Below are positions 1 through 8,793 of a DNA stretch of 41,315 nt, piece by piece. The number at the start of each line of letters is the position of its first letter. Position 1 is the stretch's first letter. The stretch comes from Haliangiales bacterium (lineage in GTDB: Bacteria; Verrucomicrobiota; Verrucomicrobiia; Limisphaerales; AV2). Location: positions 1 to 41,315 of the forward strand of contig DASPXS010000201.1 of assembly GCA_035637175.1 (NCBI GenBank), written 5' to 3'. The notes under the pieces were generated by a model that saw only the letters and a program-made list of their open reading frames with translations, had not been told where the DNA came from and searched no databases. The position numbers and the translations under genes are program-made.

Positions 1-690
1 GCGAAGCCTGAGGTTCCCGGCGTTTCTCACAGCGAGCGCCCCGGTGGAAATCGGGAGAGAGACACGACCGGCTTCATTGGTTTTGAGGTTGAGACTCGCG
101 TTGCGGAAAAGGAGCACGCGCGGTTGGCCCCAAAGCGCCCAGTCGTAACTCGCGCCACGAATGGCGTCGGTGACCAGACTCAATTCCACGCTGCGCCCGG
201 CGAATGACGTCAAATCCACCGCGTGCGACTGCCAGCGCGCATCGTTCACTTCGTGTGAGAAGACCGTCCGACCGTCGATTTGAACGACAAACCGCACGCC
301 GTCTTTGTCAGCGCCAGGCTTAATGCCGTCGGAAAGAGCGATGTCAACGGCCAACAGCAGAAGCTGGCTGCTCGAGAGAGACGGCAAATTGAGTCGGTAA
401 TCAACTCGCGCCGGACGCGCCGCCGTTTGGGGATGTTCGAAGAGCGCATCTTGTTTGATCCCGCCCGCGCTGGCGAGTCGTCGCACTTCACAGGACAAGG
501 CATCGCGCGCGAGCTCCGGTTTGAATGATTGCAGCAGGTCGGCAACGACTTCAAGTGTCGGGCGACCTTGAGCGGCAACAGTCATTGCCGGGGGCGGGGC
601 GACGCCATCTTGATGTTGCGGCCCGGTCTGCGCCAACGATGTGACGGTGGAAACGATCGCTGTCACCAAGGCTGCGAACAACGGTTTCAT
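1..690 (-). CDS. secreted hypothetical protein, N-terminal 230 codons only (gene continues past the left window edge)
   Basis: Absent from the ORF track because there is no stop inside the window. My minus-strand translation from the ATG at 688-690 gives MKPLFAALVTAIVSTVTSLAQTGPQHQDG... (signal-peptide-like). It stays open for all 230 codons down to position 1. No competing credible gene lies in this region. Confidence 0.55.
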   Translation of the reverse strand, partial: MKPLFAALVTAIVSTVTSLAQTGPQHQDGVAPPPAMTVAAQGRPTLEVVADLLQSFKPELARDALSCEVRRLASAGGIKQDALFEHPQTAARPARVDYRLNLPSLSSSQLLLLAVDIALSDGIKPGADKDGVRFVVQIDGRTVFSHEVNDARWQSHAVDLTSFAGRSVELSLVTDAIRGASYDWALWGQPRVLLFRNASLNLKTNEAGRVSLPISTGALAVRNAGNLRLR

Positions 691-826
691 GTTCGGCCTA
701 ATGCGAACATTCGCGTCCATTCATTCAATCCAAATCCACGGAGATCAACCGGAGAGAACATCCTTGTAACCCGAGCGTCTTGCCCTTGGTCACTATTTCC
801 ATTGGCCGATATTCCCGGAAACTGCG

Positions 827-973
827 CTAAAATTCTTGTTTCCAAATGCCGAGCAGTCCGTACTGCTGGGAGGTGAGGCCGCTGTTGGCGCGAAGTTGGT
901 CGGCGGCGGCCCACAGGCGTTTTTCCAGTGCGTCCGTGGCGGCGTCTCTTTCCGATGGGGCGATCCAGTGCAT
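827..973 (-). pseudogene. relic of the N-terminus of an N6-adenine DNA methyltransferase (HsdM/type I or IIG-like), truncated after ~48 codons
   Basis: Minus-strand translation reads MHWIAPSERDAATDALEKRLWAAADQLRANSGLTSQQYGLLGIWKQEF*. The LEK.LW.AAD.LR...S.L...EY pattern is the hallmark HsdM_N motif. The frame stops where the conserved LGLIFL segment should continue. It is below the ORF-track size cutoff. Confidence 0.4.
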
Positions 974-1312
974 ACGGCCGGAAGCATAGTATTTCAAATC
1001 GTTTCAGCCGCAAATGAAAATGACGACTGCCGGAATGGAAACGCCGGGGAACCATGCCCACGGACAGTTCGCCACAATTGCGGAGGATTTGAAGTAATGA
1101 AGAAGCGCCTGCAAGCCGAGAGCAGGCGCAATGGGGCGCGGGATTTATCCCACAGGAACGTGAGCAGGGCACAGACGCGCCCGCAAGATTCCAAAGTCTC
1201 CTTCGTCAACCTACACCCCTGCGGACTGAAGTCCGCGCTCCGCTCCGCAGCCAGCACCCAACTTTGGATGCATGGATCGAGAAGGAAGGGAGGATCGACA
1301 CCTCACCTTTTA

Positions 1313-1339
1313 TCCTCTCCCCGATCGAGGCGGAGAGGA
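1313..1339. repeat. GC-rich REP-like hairpin (TCCTCTCC-n11-GGAGAGGA)
   Basis: Inverted repeat read directly. It lies in a non-coding stretch next to a second palindrome, GCGGACT-ga-AGTCCGC, at 1221-1236. Confidence 0.5.
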
Positions 1340-1501
1340 AATCCGCCCTCCTCAATCGCCGCAACGCTCACTCTTATTTGCTGGATTATCGGAGCATAAT
1401 AACGAGAATGGATTAGAGAGCGGGTCGGCAATTGCCGGTTACAGTTGGAATACTCCGCTCGTTCTGTGCATTAACGCATAACAACCCGCCTAAATGTTCC
1501 T

Positions 1502-2839
1502 ATGACAAAAGATATCACTCGCAGTCGAGCCCTGTTCTCCGGGACTCGCGTCGTCCTCTCCGCACTCGCGCTGGCCGGCCTCGCGTTCATTCCTGACGCG
1601 CGCGCCGACGAAACCTGCTCTTCGCCCTACCTTGCCCGCATCGAAGGGCAGGAGGAGTTCGTGTATGTCTGGACGCTGGGCGTCGAGGGGCTCGGCGACG
1701 GCTCGGACAAGCTCGTCGTCGTGGACGTGAAGCCCGACTCGACGAGCTACGGCAAGGTGATTTACAGCCATTCCGTTGGTGGGCGCCACGAAGCGCATCA
1801 CGGCGGGTTTACCGATGACCGTCGCCAGCTCTGGCTCGCCGGTCTGGAGAGCAGCCGGGTCTTCATCTTCGACGTTCACTCGCAACCCGCGCGGCCGCGT
1901 TACGTGAAAACGATTGACAACTTCGAGAAAACGACCGGCGGCGCGGTCGGCCCGCATGGCGTCTATGCGCTGCCGGGGCGGGTGCTCATTCCCTGCCTGT
2001 CCAATTCGCGCGACAAAAGCGGGCGCACCGCGCTGGTCGAATACAGCAATGACGGTGATTACATCGCCACGCACTGGCTGCCGACGAAGGACGAGCCGCG
2101 CGGCGCGGCGGGGGCGGAGTTCGCCGACGGCTATGGCTACGACGCGCGCGTGCTGCCACGCAAGAACGTGCTGCTCACCACGTCCTTCACCGGCTGGAAG
2201 AACTACACGCGCGAATTTGGCGAGATGGTGAAGGATCCCGAGGCGATGAAGCAGTTCGGTTCGACGATGGTGGTATGGAACTTCCATACGCGGCAGCCAA
2301 ATAAAGTCTTCCAGGTGCCGGGTGCTCCGCTGGAAATCCGCTGGGCCTGGGGCGAAAAACATACCTACGCCTTCACCGCCACGGCCCTGACATCGAAGCT
2401 GTGGCTCTGCTATGAAGACGACAAGGGCGAATGGCAGGCGAAGGAGGTCGCGCCCATTGGCGACCCCAAAGGCGGCGGCGTGCTGCCGGTGGACATCAGC
2501 ATCAGCGCCGACGACAAGAGGCTGTTTGTAGGCTGTTTCGGCGACGGCAAGTGCCGCGTGTTCGACGTGTCGGATCCGCATCAGCCCCGGCAGCTTTACG
2601 AGAAGCAGGTTGGCAAGCAGGTTAACATGGTGTCTCAGAGCTGGGACGGGAAACGCCTCTACTTTACCAGTTCCTTGCTCGCCCGATGGGACAAGAAAGG
2701 CGAAGACAATGAGCAATTCCTCCGCGCTTACTCCTGGGAGGGCAATGAAATGAAGCCGAAGTTTGAACTGGATTTTACCGCCCTGAAGCTGGGTCGCCCG
2801 CACCACATGCTCTTCGGCGCCACAAAGATTGGCGGTTGA
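1502..2839 (+). CDS. selenium-binding protein SBP56 family (methanethiol oxidase MtoX-like), exported
   Basis: 445-aa ORF with a signal-like N-terminus (VVLSALALAGLAFIPDARA). It shows collinear SBP56/SELENBP1 hallmarks: VVVDVKPDSTSYGKVI, EAHHGGF, SRVFIFDV..PARP, GYGYD, PLEIRW, DISISADDKRLFV, FDVSDPHQP, SQSWDGKRLYFTSSLLARWDKK. Confidence 0.85.
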   Translation: MTKDITRSRALFSGTRVVLSALALAGLAFIPDARADETCSSPYLARIEGQEEFVYVWTLGVEGLGDGSDKLVVVDVKPDSTSYGKVIYSHSVGGRHEAHHGGFTDDRRQLWLAGLESSRVFIFDVHSQPARPRYVKTIDNFEKTTGGAVGPHGVYALPGRVLIPCLSNSRDKSGRTALVEYSNDGDYIATHWLPTKDEPRGAAGAEFADGYGYDARVLPRKNVLLTTSFTGWKNYTREFGEMVKDPEAMKQFGSTMVVWNFHTRQPNKVFQVPGAPLEIRWAWGEKHTYAFTATALTSKLWLCYEDDKGEWQAKEVAPIGDPKGGGVLPVDISISADDKRLFVGCFGDGKCRVFDVSDPHQPRQLYEKQVGKQVNMVSQSWDGKRLYFTSSLLARWDKKGEDNEQFLRAYSWEGNEMKPKFELDFTALKLGRPHHMLFGATKIGG

Positions 2840-2878
2840 TTACCCATTCGATCCAACGATACAGAACAAACGCCCGCG

Positions 2879-3556
2879 ATGAACTTCACACTGTCCCTTC
2901 CCGCAGTCGCATTAGCTATCGTTACGTTCAGCCGGCCGGCACTCGCTGCGGACCTTGCTCGCACTGATGATCACGACTATGACGCGCCCGCGCCTGGCAG
3001 CTACACATTGCCGGTCGTGAAACCGGCGGCAGACGGCGAGGTGCTCGATTCACGCGGTCGGCCGATGCGCTTGCGCGAACTCACCCGCGGCCGCGTTACG
3101 GTGATGAGTTTCATCTACACCCGCTGCGCGGCGGCCAAGGCGTGTCCCTACGCGACAGGCGTGTTGACGCAACTGCATCGGCTCAGCGCCGAGGATCGGG
3201 AGCTCGCGAAAAACCTGCGCCTCGTCAGCATGTCCTTCGATCCCGGCAACGATACGCCGGCGCGCATGGCCGCGTATTCGGCGCTCGCGGATGGCAGGAA
3301 TCCGGCCTCTGAATGGCGTTTCGTTACGGCGCGTTCGCAGGCGGAGTTGGAGCCGATCCTTGAGGCCTACGGCCAGGCTGTGGACAAGCGCCGCAATCCC
3401 AATGACCCGCAAGGTCCGCTTTACCACACCTTGCGCGTTTATCTCATCGACCGCGAAGGCCGCATCCGAAACATCTACAGCTCCGGCACGCTGGATCCAC
3501 GGCTCATCCTCGCCGACGTGAAGACGCTCATGTTGGAGCAGCAAACCAAAAACTGA
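2879..3556 (+). CDS. SCO1/SenC family thioredoxin-fold copper chaperone
   Basis: 225-aa ORF with a signal peptide (LPAVALAIVTFSRPALA). Sco-type pattern: VMSFIYTRC-x5-CP, then VSMSFDPGNDTP, then a conserved His in LYHTLRVYLIDREGRIRN. It starts 39 nt downstream of the SBP56 gene. Confidence 0.75.
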   Translation: MNFTLSLPAVALAIVTFSRPALAADLARTDDHDYDAPAPGSYTLPVVKPAADGEVLDSRGRPMRLRELTRGRVTVMSFIYTRCAAAKACPYATGVLTQLHRLSAEDRELAKNLRLVSMSFDPGNDTPARMAAYSALADGRNPASEWRFVTARSQAELEPILEAYGQAVDKRRNPNDPQGPLYHTLRVYLIDREGRIRNIYSSGTLDPRLILADVKTLMLEQQTKN

Positions 3557-3675
3557 ACCGACTTAACGGCGGCAAACACAGACACGCCGGATCTTGGGTA
3601 AGACCGACGTAAAAGCGGTCGGGATGTGTTTCGTTTTTCAGGATGTAAACGTAGCGGAACTTCATTCCTTGCCCC

Positions 3676-3709
3676 GTCTTCGCTCCTTCGCTGCGCTCCG
3701 AGCGAAGAC
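3676..3709 (-). terminator. stem-loop immediately 3' of ssrA
   Basis: GTCTTCGCT...AGCGAAGAC forms a 9-bp perfect stem abutting the tmRNA 3' end at 3710. No clear U-tract follows. Confidence 0.4.
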
Positions 3710-4060
3710 TGGAGGCGGCGGGAATTGAACCCGCGTCCCTGATAGATCAACCAGCCGCGACTACATGCTTAGTCAAGCGAGAGTTGTCAGCAGTGCGATA
3801 ATGGCCTGACGCAACTCGCACCGCTTAGTCCGCATGACATTTTCTCGGCTGCCGGCGCGCGGTCTCCGCCGTCAACCATGCCTGCTATGGCGTTCGTCCG
3901 GCGTAGCAGGTGTCCACCGGCGAACGTCGCAGCGCATTAGGCCGCGAGTGCTAGCTCTTCGTTAGCAGTTATTGTTTGGTCCGATGATTAACGAGGCCAA
4001 CGAACCATCCTCGGCATGCCGCCTCTGGCGTATCCCCCAGGTCGAAACCAGTACGCCCCC
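3710..4060 (-). ncRNA. ssrA: tmRNA (transfer-messenger RNA)
   Basis: The reverse complement starts GGGGGCGTACTGGTTTCGACCTGGGG and ends GGGTTCAATTCCCGCCGCCTCCA. The acceptor stem GGGGGCG/CGCCTCC contains the G3:U Ala-identity pair, and the terminal CCA is not encoded. The internal tag reading frame GCT AAC GAA GAG CTA GCA CTC GCG GCC TAA gives ANEELALAA* (plus-strand 3937-3966). Confidence 0.9.
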
Positions 4061-4142
4061 ATCCGGCGCGCATAGTATCATGCCACACGGCTCAATGTTC
4101 AAGGCGCAATGTTTCGGCGTTGCGGAGGGAAGACGGAGAGAT

Positions 4143-4196
4143 GGAGTGGTGGAGTATTGGAGCTGCACTCCAACACTCCAATACTCCAACACTCCG
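4143..4196. repeat. CTCCAAYACTCC / GGAGTRTTGGAG inverted-repeat element, copy 1
   Basis: GGAGTGGTGGAGTATTGGAG, then ctgca, then CTCCAACACTCCAATACTCCAACACTCC. The same 12-mer family recurs at 17588-17685. Confidence 0.7.
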
Positions 4197-4206
4197 CACA
4201 GAAAGC

Positions 4207-4229
4207 GGGGCCGGCGACGTGCCGACCCC
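4207..4229 (-). terminator. probable intrinsic terminator of groEL
   Basis: On the minus strand, GGGGTCGGC-acgtc-GCCGGCCCC (9-bp stem with one G.U) is followed by GCTTTCTG. It lies 34 nt after the groEL stop. Confidence 0.5.
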
Positions 4230-4262
4230 GCTCGGACGACTCGGTTCCTCTCCCAACGCCGC

Positions 4263-5903
4263 TTAGTAGTCCATGTCGCCCATGCCGTGACCGCCGCCGT
4301 GGCCGGCCGGAGCTTTTTCCTTCTTCTCCGGAATCTCGGTGATGAGGCATTCGGTGGTGAGCAACAGGCCGGCGATCGAGGACGCATTTTGCAGCGCGGT
4401 GCGGGTGACCTTCTTCGGGTCCACGACGCCGGCTTTGACGAGGTCCTCATATTCTCCCGTCGCCACGTTGTATCCCTCGTTGCCCTTGCGCCGCTTGACT
4501 TCTTCAACGACGACTGAACCTTCGACGCCCGCATTGTCCGCCAAAGCGCGGGTCGGGAATTCAATCGCGCGCTTGACGATATCAACGCCGATCCTCTCAT
4601 CATCATTGGCGCCTTTCACTCCATCAATCGCCTGCAGACAGCGGACCAGCGCAACGCCGCCACCGGGGACGATTCCCTCCTCGACCGCCGCGCGGGTCGC
4701 GTGCAGCGCGTCTTCGACCCGGGCTTTCTTTTCCTTCATTTCGGTCTCGGTCGCAGCGCCGACGTTGATGACGGCCACGCCACCGGCCAACTTGGCCAGG
4801 CGCTCCTGCAGTTTCTCGCGGTCGTAGTCGGAGGTGGTCTCTTCGATCTGGCGACGGATCTGATTGACCCGTCCCTGGATTTCGGAGGATTTGCCGTAGC
4901 CTTCGACAATCGTGGTGTTCTCTTTGTCCACCACAATGTTTTTGGCGCGGCCGAGGTCATTCAGCTCGAGCGATTCAAGCTTGATGCCGAGGTCTTCGCT
5001 GATGAATTTGCCGCCCGTGAGGGTGGCGATGTCTTCGCACATGGCTTTGCGGCGGTCCCCGAATCCAGGGGCCTTGACGGCGCAGACATTGAGGGTGCCG
5101 CGGAGCTTGTTCACGACGAGCGTCGCCAGCGCTTCGCCTTCCACTTCCTCGGCGATGATCAACAGCGGCTTGCCGACCTTGGCGATCTTCTCGAGGAGCG
5201 GGAGGAGGTCTTTCAAGCTGCTGATTTTCTTCTCATAAATCAGGACGTAGCCGTCCTCCAGCTTGGTTTCCATCGTCTCAGCGTTGGTAACGAAGTAAGG
5301 CGAGAGATAGCCCTTGTCAAACTGCATGCCTTCGACCACGTCGAGGGTCGTGTCAATCGACTTCGCCTCTTCCACCGTGATGGTGCCGTCTTTGCCGACT
5401 TTGTCCATCGCGTCGGCGATGATTTCGCCGATCTGTGTGTCCCAGTTGGCCGAGACCGTGGCGACCTGCTTGATTTCCTCTTTGTCTTTGACCTTCTTGG
5501 CGATCTTGTCGAGGTGCGCCACTGCAGCATCGACGGCCTTTTGAATGCCGCGTTGGATGCCGATGGGGTTGGCGCCCGAGGTGACGAACTTCAAGCCTTC
5601 GCGGTAGATCGCTTCGGCCAGCACGGTGGCGGTGGTGGTGCCATCGCCGGCGGCGTCGCTGGTTTTGCTGGCGACTTCACGCACCATTTGCGCGCCCATG
5701 TTTTCATACGGATCTTCCAGCTCGATTTCCTTCGCGACGGTGACACCGTCTTTGGTGACCGTCGGTGAACCAAACTTTTTGTCGATAACGACGTTGCGAC
5801 CCTTGGGACCGAGGGTGGCCGTGACGGCCTTGGAGAGTTTGGCGACGCCCCGCAAGACCGCTTGACGCGCGGCCTCATCAAACACTAATTGTTTTGCTGC
5901 CAT
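4263..5903 (-). CDS. groEL: chaperonin GroEL (60 kDa)
   Basis: 546 aa. Begins [20 protein letters not shown]...[11 protein letters not shown], contains [12 protein letters not shown], and ends in a C-terminal [13 protein letters not shown] tail. Confidence 0.98.
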   Translation of the reverse strand: MAAKQLVFDEAARQAVLRGVAKLSKAVTATLGPKGRNVVIDKKFGSPTVTKDGVTVAKEIELEDPYENMGAQMVREVASKTSDAAGDGTTTATVLAEAIYREGLKFVTSGANPIGIQRGIQKAVDAAVAHLDKIAKKVKDKEEIKQVATVSANWDTQIGEIIADAMDKVGKDGTITVEEAKSIDTTLDVVEGMQFDKGYLSPYFVTNAETMETKLEDGYVLIYEKKISSLKDLLPLLEKIAKVGKPLLIIAEEVEGEALATLVVNKLRGTLNVCAVKAPGFGDRRKAMCEDIATLTGGKFISEDLGIKLESLELNDLGRAKNIVVDKENTTIVEGYGKSSEIQGRVNQIRRQIEETTSDYDREKLQERLAKLAGGVAVINVGAATETEMKEKKARVEDALHATRAAVEEGIVPGGGVALVRCLQAIDGVKGANDDERIGVDIVKRAIEFPTRALADNAGVEGSVVVEEVKRRKGNEGYNVATGEYEDLVKAGVVDPKKVTRTALQNASSIAGLLLTTECLITEIPEKKEKAPAGHGGGHGMGDMDY

Positions 5904-5932
5904 AGTTTCTGCTTCCTTCCTGTTGGTTACGA

Positions 5933-6226
5933 TTACTCCACTACCGCCAGAATGTCGTCGGAGTTCAGAATTTTGTACTCCTTGCCATCCAGCTTGATTT
6001 CAGTACCGCCGTATTTGCTGATCAGCACGCGGTCGCCTTTCTTGACTTCAAACGGCACCTTCTTGCCGTTGTCGTCCGTTTTACCGGTGCCCAGCGCCAC
6101 GACGAGTCCTTCGGTTGGTTTTTCCTTGGCGGTATCGGGAATGATGATGCCGCCTTTCTTGACTTCCTTCTCTTCGACCGGTTCAACCAGCACCCGGTCG
6201 CCGAGCGGTTTCAGATTAACTGCCAT
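5933..6226 (-). CDS. groES: co-chaperonin GroES
   Basis: The track ORF (to 6283) carries a 19-codon extension. I place the start at the ATG at 6224-6226, preceded by AAAGGAAG. The product [19 protein letters not shown]...[13 protein letters not shown] is canonical Cpn10 of ~97 aa. Confidence 0.93.
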   Translation of the reverse strand: MAVNLKPLGDRVLVEPVEEKEVKKGGIIIPDTAKEKPTEGLVVALGTGKTDDNGKKVPFEVKKGDRVLISKYGGTEIKLDGKEYKILNSDDILAVVE

Positions 6227-6343
6227 ACGTTCGTCTTCCTTTTGTTGGTTTGATTGTTTCTTACGAATCAAATCCCGCAGCACTCACCGCGGGAAAATCA
6301 CTTGCCCCAGGGGCAGGCCGGAACTCAAAGATTGCCGGGCTCG

Positions 6344-8281
6344 TTAATTCTTCTTTTCATCGACGACTTCCGCGTCGATGACCGGCCCTTCGTCCTTGCG
6401 ATCCGACTTGGGCTCGCTGTCGGCCGGGCCCTTGGCGTCATCCTGGGACTTGCTGGCGCGCGCCTTCTCAGACGCCGCCCGGTAAAGCTCGGCCGAAACA
6501 GCCTGCCACGCTTCATTGAGTTTTTCGCTCGCCGATCTGATGGCCGAAACGTCGCCGCCCTTGAGCGCTTCTTTGACTTCGCCGACCGCCTTCTCAATCT
6601 TGCCTTTGTCGTCACCGGAAATCTTGTCCGCGTTTTCCTTCAGCATTTTTTCGGAGCGATAGACGGCGTTGTCCGCTTCGTTGCGGACTTCAATGGATTC
6701 GCGCTGCTGGCGGTCTTCTTCCGCGTGCGACTCGGCGTCTTTCTGCATTTTCTCGACCTCTTCTTTCGAGAGGCCGCTGCTGGCGGTGATGGTAATCTTC
6801 TGCTCTTTGCCGGTGCCCAGGTCTTTGGCGCTGACGTGCAGGATGCCGTTGGCGTCGATGTCGAAGGTCACTTCAACTTGGGGCACGCCGCGCGGGGCGG
6901 GCGGAATGTCTGTCAGGTGAAACTTGCCGATCGTTTTGTTGTCCCTGGCCAGCGGACGTTCGCCCTGGAGCACGTGAATTTCGACGCCGGGCTGATTGTC
7001 CGAGGCGGTGGAGAAAATCTCCGATTTGCGGGTCGGAATGGTGGTGTTGCGTTCAATGAGTTTGGTGAACACGCCGCCGAGCGTTTCGATGCCCAGCGAC
7101 AGCGGCGTCACGTCGAGCAGCAACACGTCTTTCACTTCGCCTTTGAGCACGCCGGCCTGGATGCCGGCCCCCACGGCCACGACTTCGTCGGGATTGACGC
7201 CCTGATGCGGCTGCTTGTTGACCAGCGAACGGGATGTTTCCACCACCCGGGGCATGCGGGTCATGCCGCCCACCAGCACCAGCTCGTCTATCTTGTCGGC
7301 ACTGATGCCGGCGTCCTTCAAACAGTTTTTCACCGGCGAAACGGTGCGTTCAAACAGGTCGTCGCAAAGCTGCTCCATCTTGGCGCGGGTCAGCTTCGTG
7401 CTGATGTGTTTCGGCCCGCTGGCATCGGCCGTGATGAACGGCAGGTTGATTTCGTAAACCTGGGAGCTGGACAAAGCGATCTTGGCCTTCTCCGCCTCCT
7501 CCTTGATGCGTTGCAACGCGTCCGGCTGTTTGCGCAAATCCATTCCGTGCTCCTTCTTGAACTCATCCAGAATCCAATCCATGATGCGATTGTCCCAGTC
7601 GTCGCCGCCCAGGTGCGTGTCCCCGTTGGTAGCTTTGACTTCAAAGACGCCGTCACCGATCTCGAGCACGGAGATGTCGAACGTGCCGCCGCCCAGGTCA
7701 TAGACGGCGATCTTTTCATCCTTCTTCTTGTCCAGGCCGTAAGCCAGTGACGCCGCGGTCGGCTCGTTGATGATGCGCAACACTTCCAAACCGGCTATCC
7801 GACCGGCGTCTTTGGTGGCTTGCCGTTGCGAATCGTTGAAGTAGGCCGGGACGGTGATGACCGCTTGAGTGATTTTCTCGCCCAGACGCATTTCGGCGTC
7901 GGTCTTGAGCTTGCCCAGGATCATCGCTGATATTTCCGGCGGGCTGAATTGTTTCGACCGTCCGTCCACTTCCACTTCCACTGCGGCGTCGCCATTGGCG
8001 GCGCGAACGACTTTGTAGGGAACGCGTTTGATTTCTTCCTGCACCTCATCGTATTTGCGGCCCATGAAACGTTTGATGGAATAGATCGTGTTGCGCGGGT
8101 TCGTCACCGCCTGGCGTTTGGCGGCTTCGCCCACCAGGCGCTCCCCATTCTTGGTGAAAGCCACGACCGACGGTGTGGTCCGTTTGCCTTCGGAGTTTTC
8201 AAGCACGACGGGCTCTCCGCCCTCCATGATCGCCATGCAGGAGTTCGTCGTTCCCAAGTCAATACCTAACACTTTTGCCAT
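6344..8281 (-). CDS. dnaK: molecular chaperone DnaK (Hsp70)
   Basis: The true start is the ATG at 8279-8281 ([17 protein letters not shown]). The 750-aa track ORF has a 105-codon non-homologous Arg-rich extension. Contains DLGGGTFD and [10 protein letters not shown], plus an acidic C-terminus. Confidence 0.97.
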   Translation of the reverse strand: MAKVLGIDLGTTNSCMAIMEGGEPVVLENSEGKRTTPSVVAFTKNGERLVGEAAKRQAVTNPRNTIYSIKRFMGRKYDEVQEEIKRVPYKVVRAANGDAAVEVEVDGRSKQFSPPEISAMILGKLKTDAEMRLGEKITQAVITVPAYFNDSQRQATKDAGRIAGLEVLRIINEPTAASLAYGLDKKKDEKIAVYDLGGGTFDISVLEIGDGVFEVKATNGDTHLGGDDWDNRIMDWILDEFKKEHGMDLRKQPDALQRIKEEAEKAKIALSSSQVYEINLPFITADASGPKHISTKLTRAKMEQLCDDLFERTVSPVKNCLKDAGISADKIDELVLVGGMTRMPRVVETSRSLVNKQPHQGVNPDEVVAVGAGIQAGVLKGEVKDVLLLDVTPLSLGIETLGGVFTKLIERNTTIPTRKSEIFSTASDNQPGVEIHVLQGERPLARDNKTIGKFHLTDIPPAPRGVPQVEVTFDIDANGILHVSAKDLGTGKEQKITITASSGLSKEEVEKMQKDAESHAEEDRQQRESIEVRNEADNAVYRSEKMLKENADKISGDDKGKIEKAVGEVKEALKGGDVSAIRSASEKLNEAWQAVSAELYRAASEKARASKSQDDAKGPADSEPKSDRKDEGPVIDAEVVDEKKN

Positions 8282-8518
8282 AAAAACCTCGTTCTGATTG
8301 CGCTGACGTCTTCCTAAGCACCGGCGATGCCAGCGGCGTGAGTTTTGTCTTAACGGGTTGGGCAGGTGTAAATTGCAAACAAAATGCCCTCCAATGGCGG
8401 GCCGCAAAACCTGCGTCAAACGGGCCATCCTGTCGCAGCGTTTCCCGTATTGGCACGGCCTGTCATGGCACACTCCAGGCGTTGCCTGGCGCAGCCCATC
8501 GCTCCGTTGCCCCACCCC

Positions 8519-8548
8519 GGAGGGTGAGTTAAAGGAGGGTGAGTTAAA
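8519..8548. repeat. perfect 15-bp tandem duplication GGAGGGTGAGTTAAA x2
   Basis: Read directly. A near-identical inverted copy of the core (CTTGAACTCACC, the reverse complement of GGTGAGTTCAAG) lies at 8639-8650. All copies are in the dnaK / dehydrogenase divergent intergenic region. Confidence 0.8.
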
Positions 8549-8554
8549 GAATGG

Positions 8555-8621
8555 TAGCCGCCGACGTAAGGAGGCGGATTTTGGCACGAAAAACACTTCC
8601 GCCTCGTAACCTCGGCGGCTA
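8555..8621. repeat. long imperfect inverted repeat (REP-like)
   Basis: TAGCCGCCGACGTAAGGAGGCGG, then 21 nt, then CCGCCTCGTAACCTCGGCGGCTA. The outer stem is 10 bp and the inner stem is 7 bp. Confidence 0.65.
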
Positions 8622-8793
8622 CGGCTTTTGCGACGATTCTTGAACTCACCATGCCCCAGCCGCCGGTAGATGAAAAAAGCGTGCCCGGCTCAATTCGTTT
8701 GTTTAGCATCGGGCGAAATTGATTCCCGGAAATCGAACGCTGGCGCAACACGCGTTCGGCAGCGGCGAACAAAACAACTAACGAAGAATAATT

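Noticed and set aside
1502-1610. Twin-arginine (Tat) signal on the SBP56 protein
   Set aside because: The N-terminus reads TRSRALFSG, which has R-S-R rather than a true RR pair. Export is likely, but the pathway cannot be assigned from sequence alone.
1490-2806. Long antisense ORF (438 aa) opposite the SBP56 gene. Similar shadows occur at 4701-5768, 6254-7750, 8416-9603, 9885-10853, 15359-16495, 19657-20766, 23013-23984, 24981-26126, 38826-39788 and 39815-41173.
   Set aside because: Each lies opposite a gene with unmistakable homology. The translations are Arg/Gly/Ala/Pro-rich with no motifs. This is the expected stop-poor antisense-frame artefact of high-GC DNA.
3962-4606. ORFs of 77-214 aa on both strands between the Sco gene and groEL
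   Set aside because: They overlap the tmRNA gene, the CTCCAAYACTCC repeat and the groEL 3' end. Their composition is typical of non-coding high-GC frames.
6255-6300. Possible CIRCE (HrcA operator) upstream of groES, from the half-site GAGTGCTGC. Another GAGTGCTAG lies at 3946-3954.
   Set aside because: No matching TTAGCACTC half lies 9 nt away in the groES leader. The second hit is inside the tmRNA tag region.
8519-8548. Possible CRISPR or tandem-repeat array
   Set aside because: There are only two adjacent 15-bp copies with no spacers. No CRISPR-like array exists anywhere in the window.
8282-8596. 105-codon N-terminal extension of the dnaK ORF in the track (750 aa)
   Set aside because: The extension is Arg/Pro-rich, runs through the REP-like repeats, and has no similarity to Hsp70. 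The canonical [14 protein letters not shown] start is at 8281.
8636-8665. Sigma32-like CTTGAA ... CCCCAG on the plus strand
   Set aside because: The spacer is only 9 nt against the required 13-15 nt, and the orientation does not serve dnaK.
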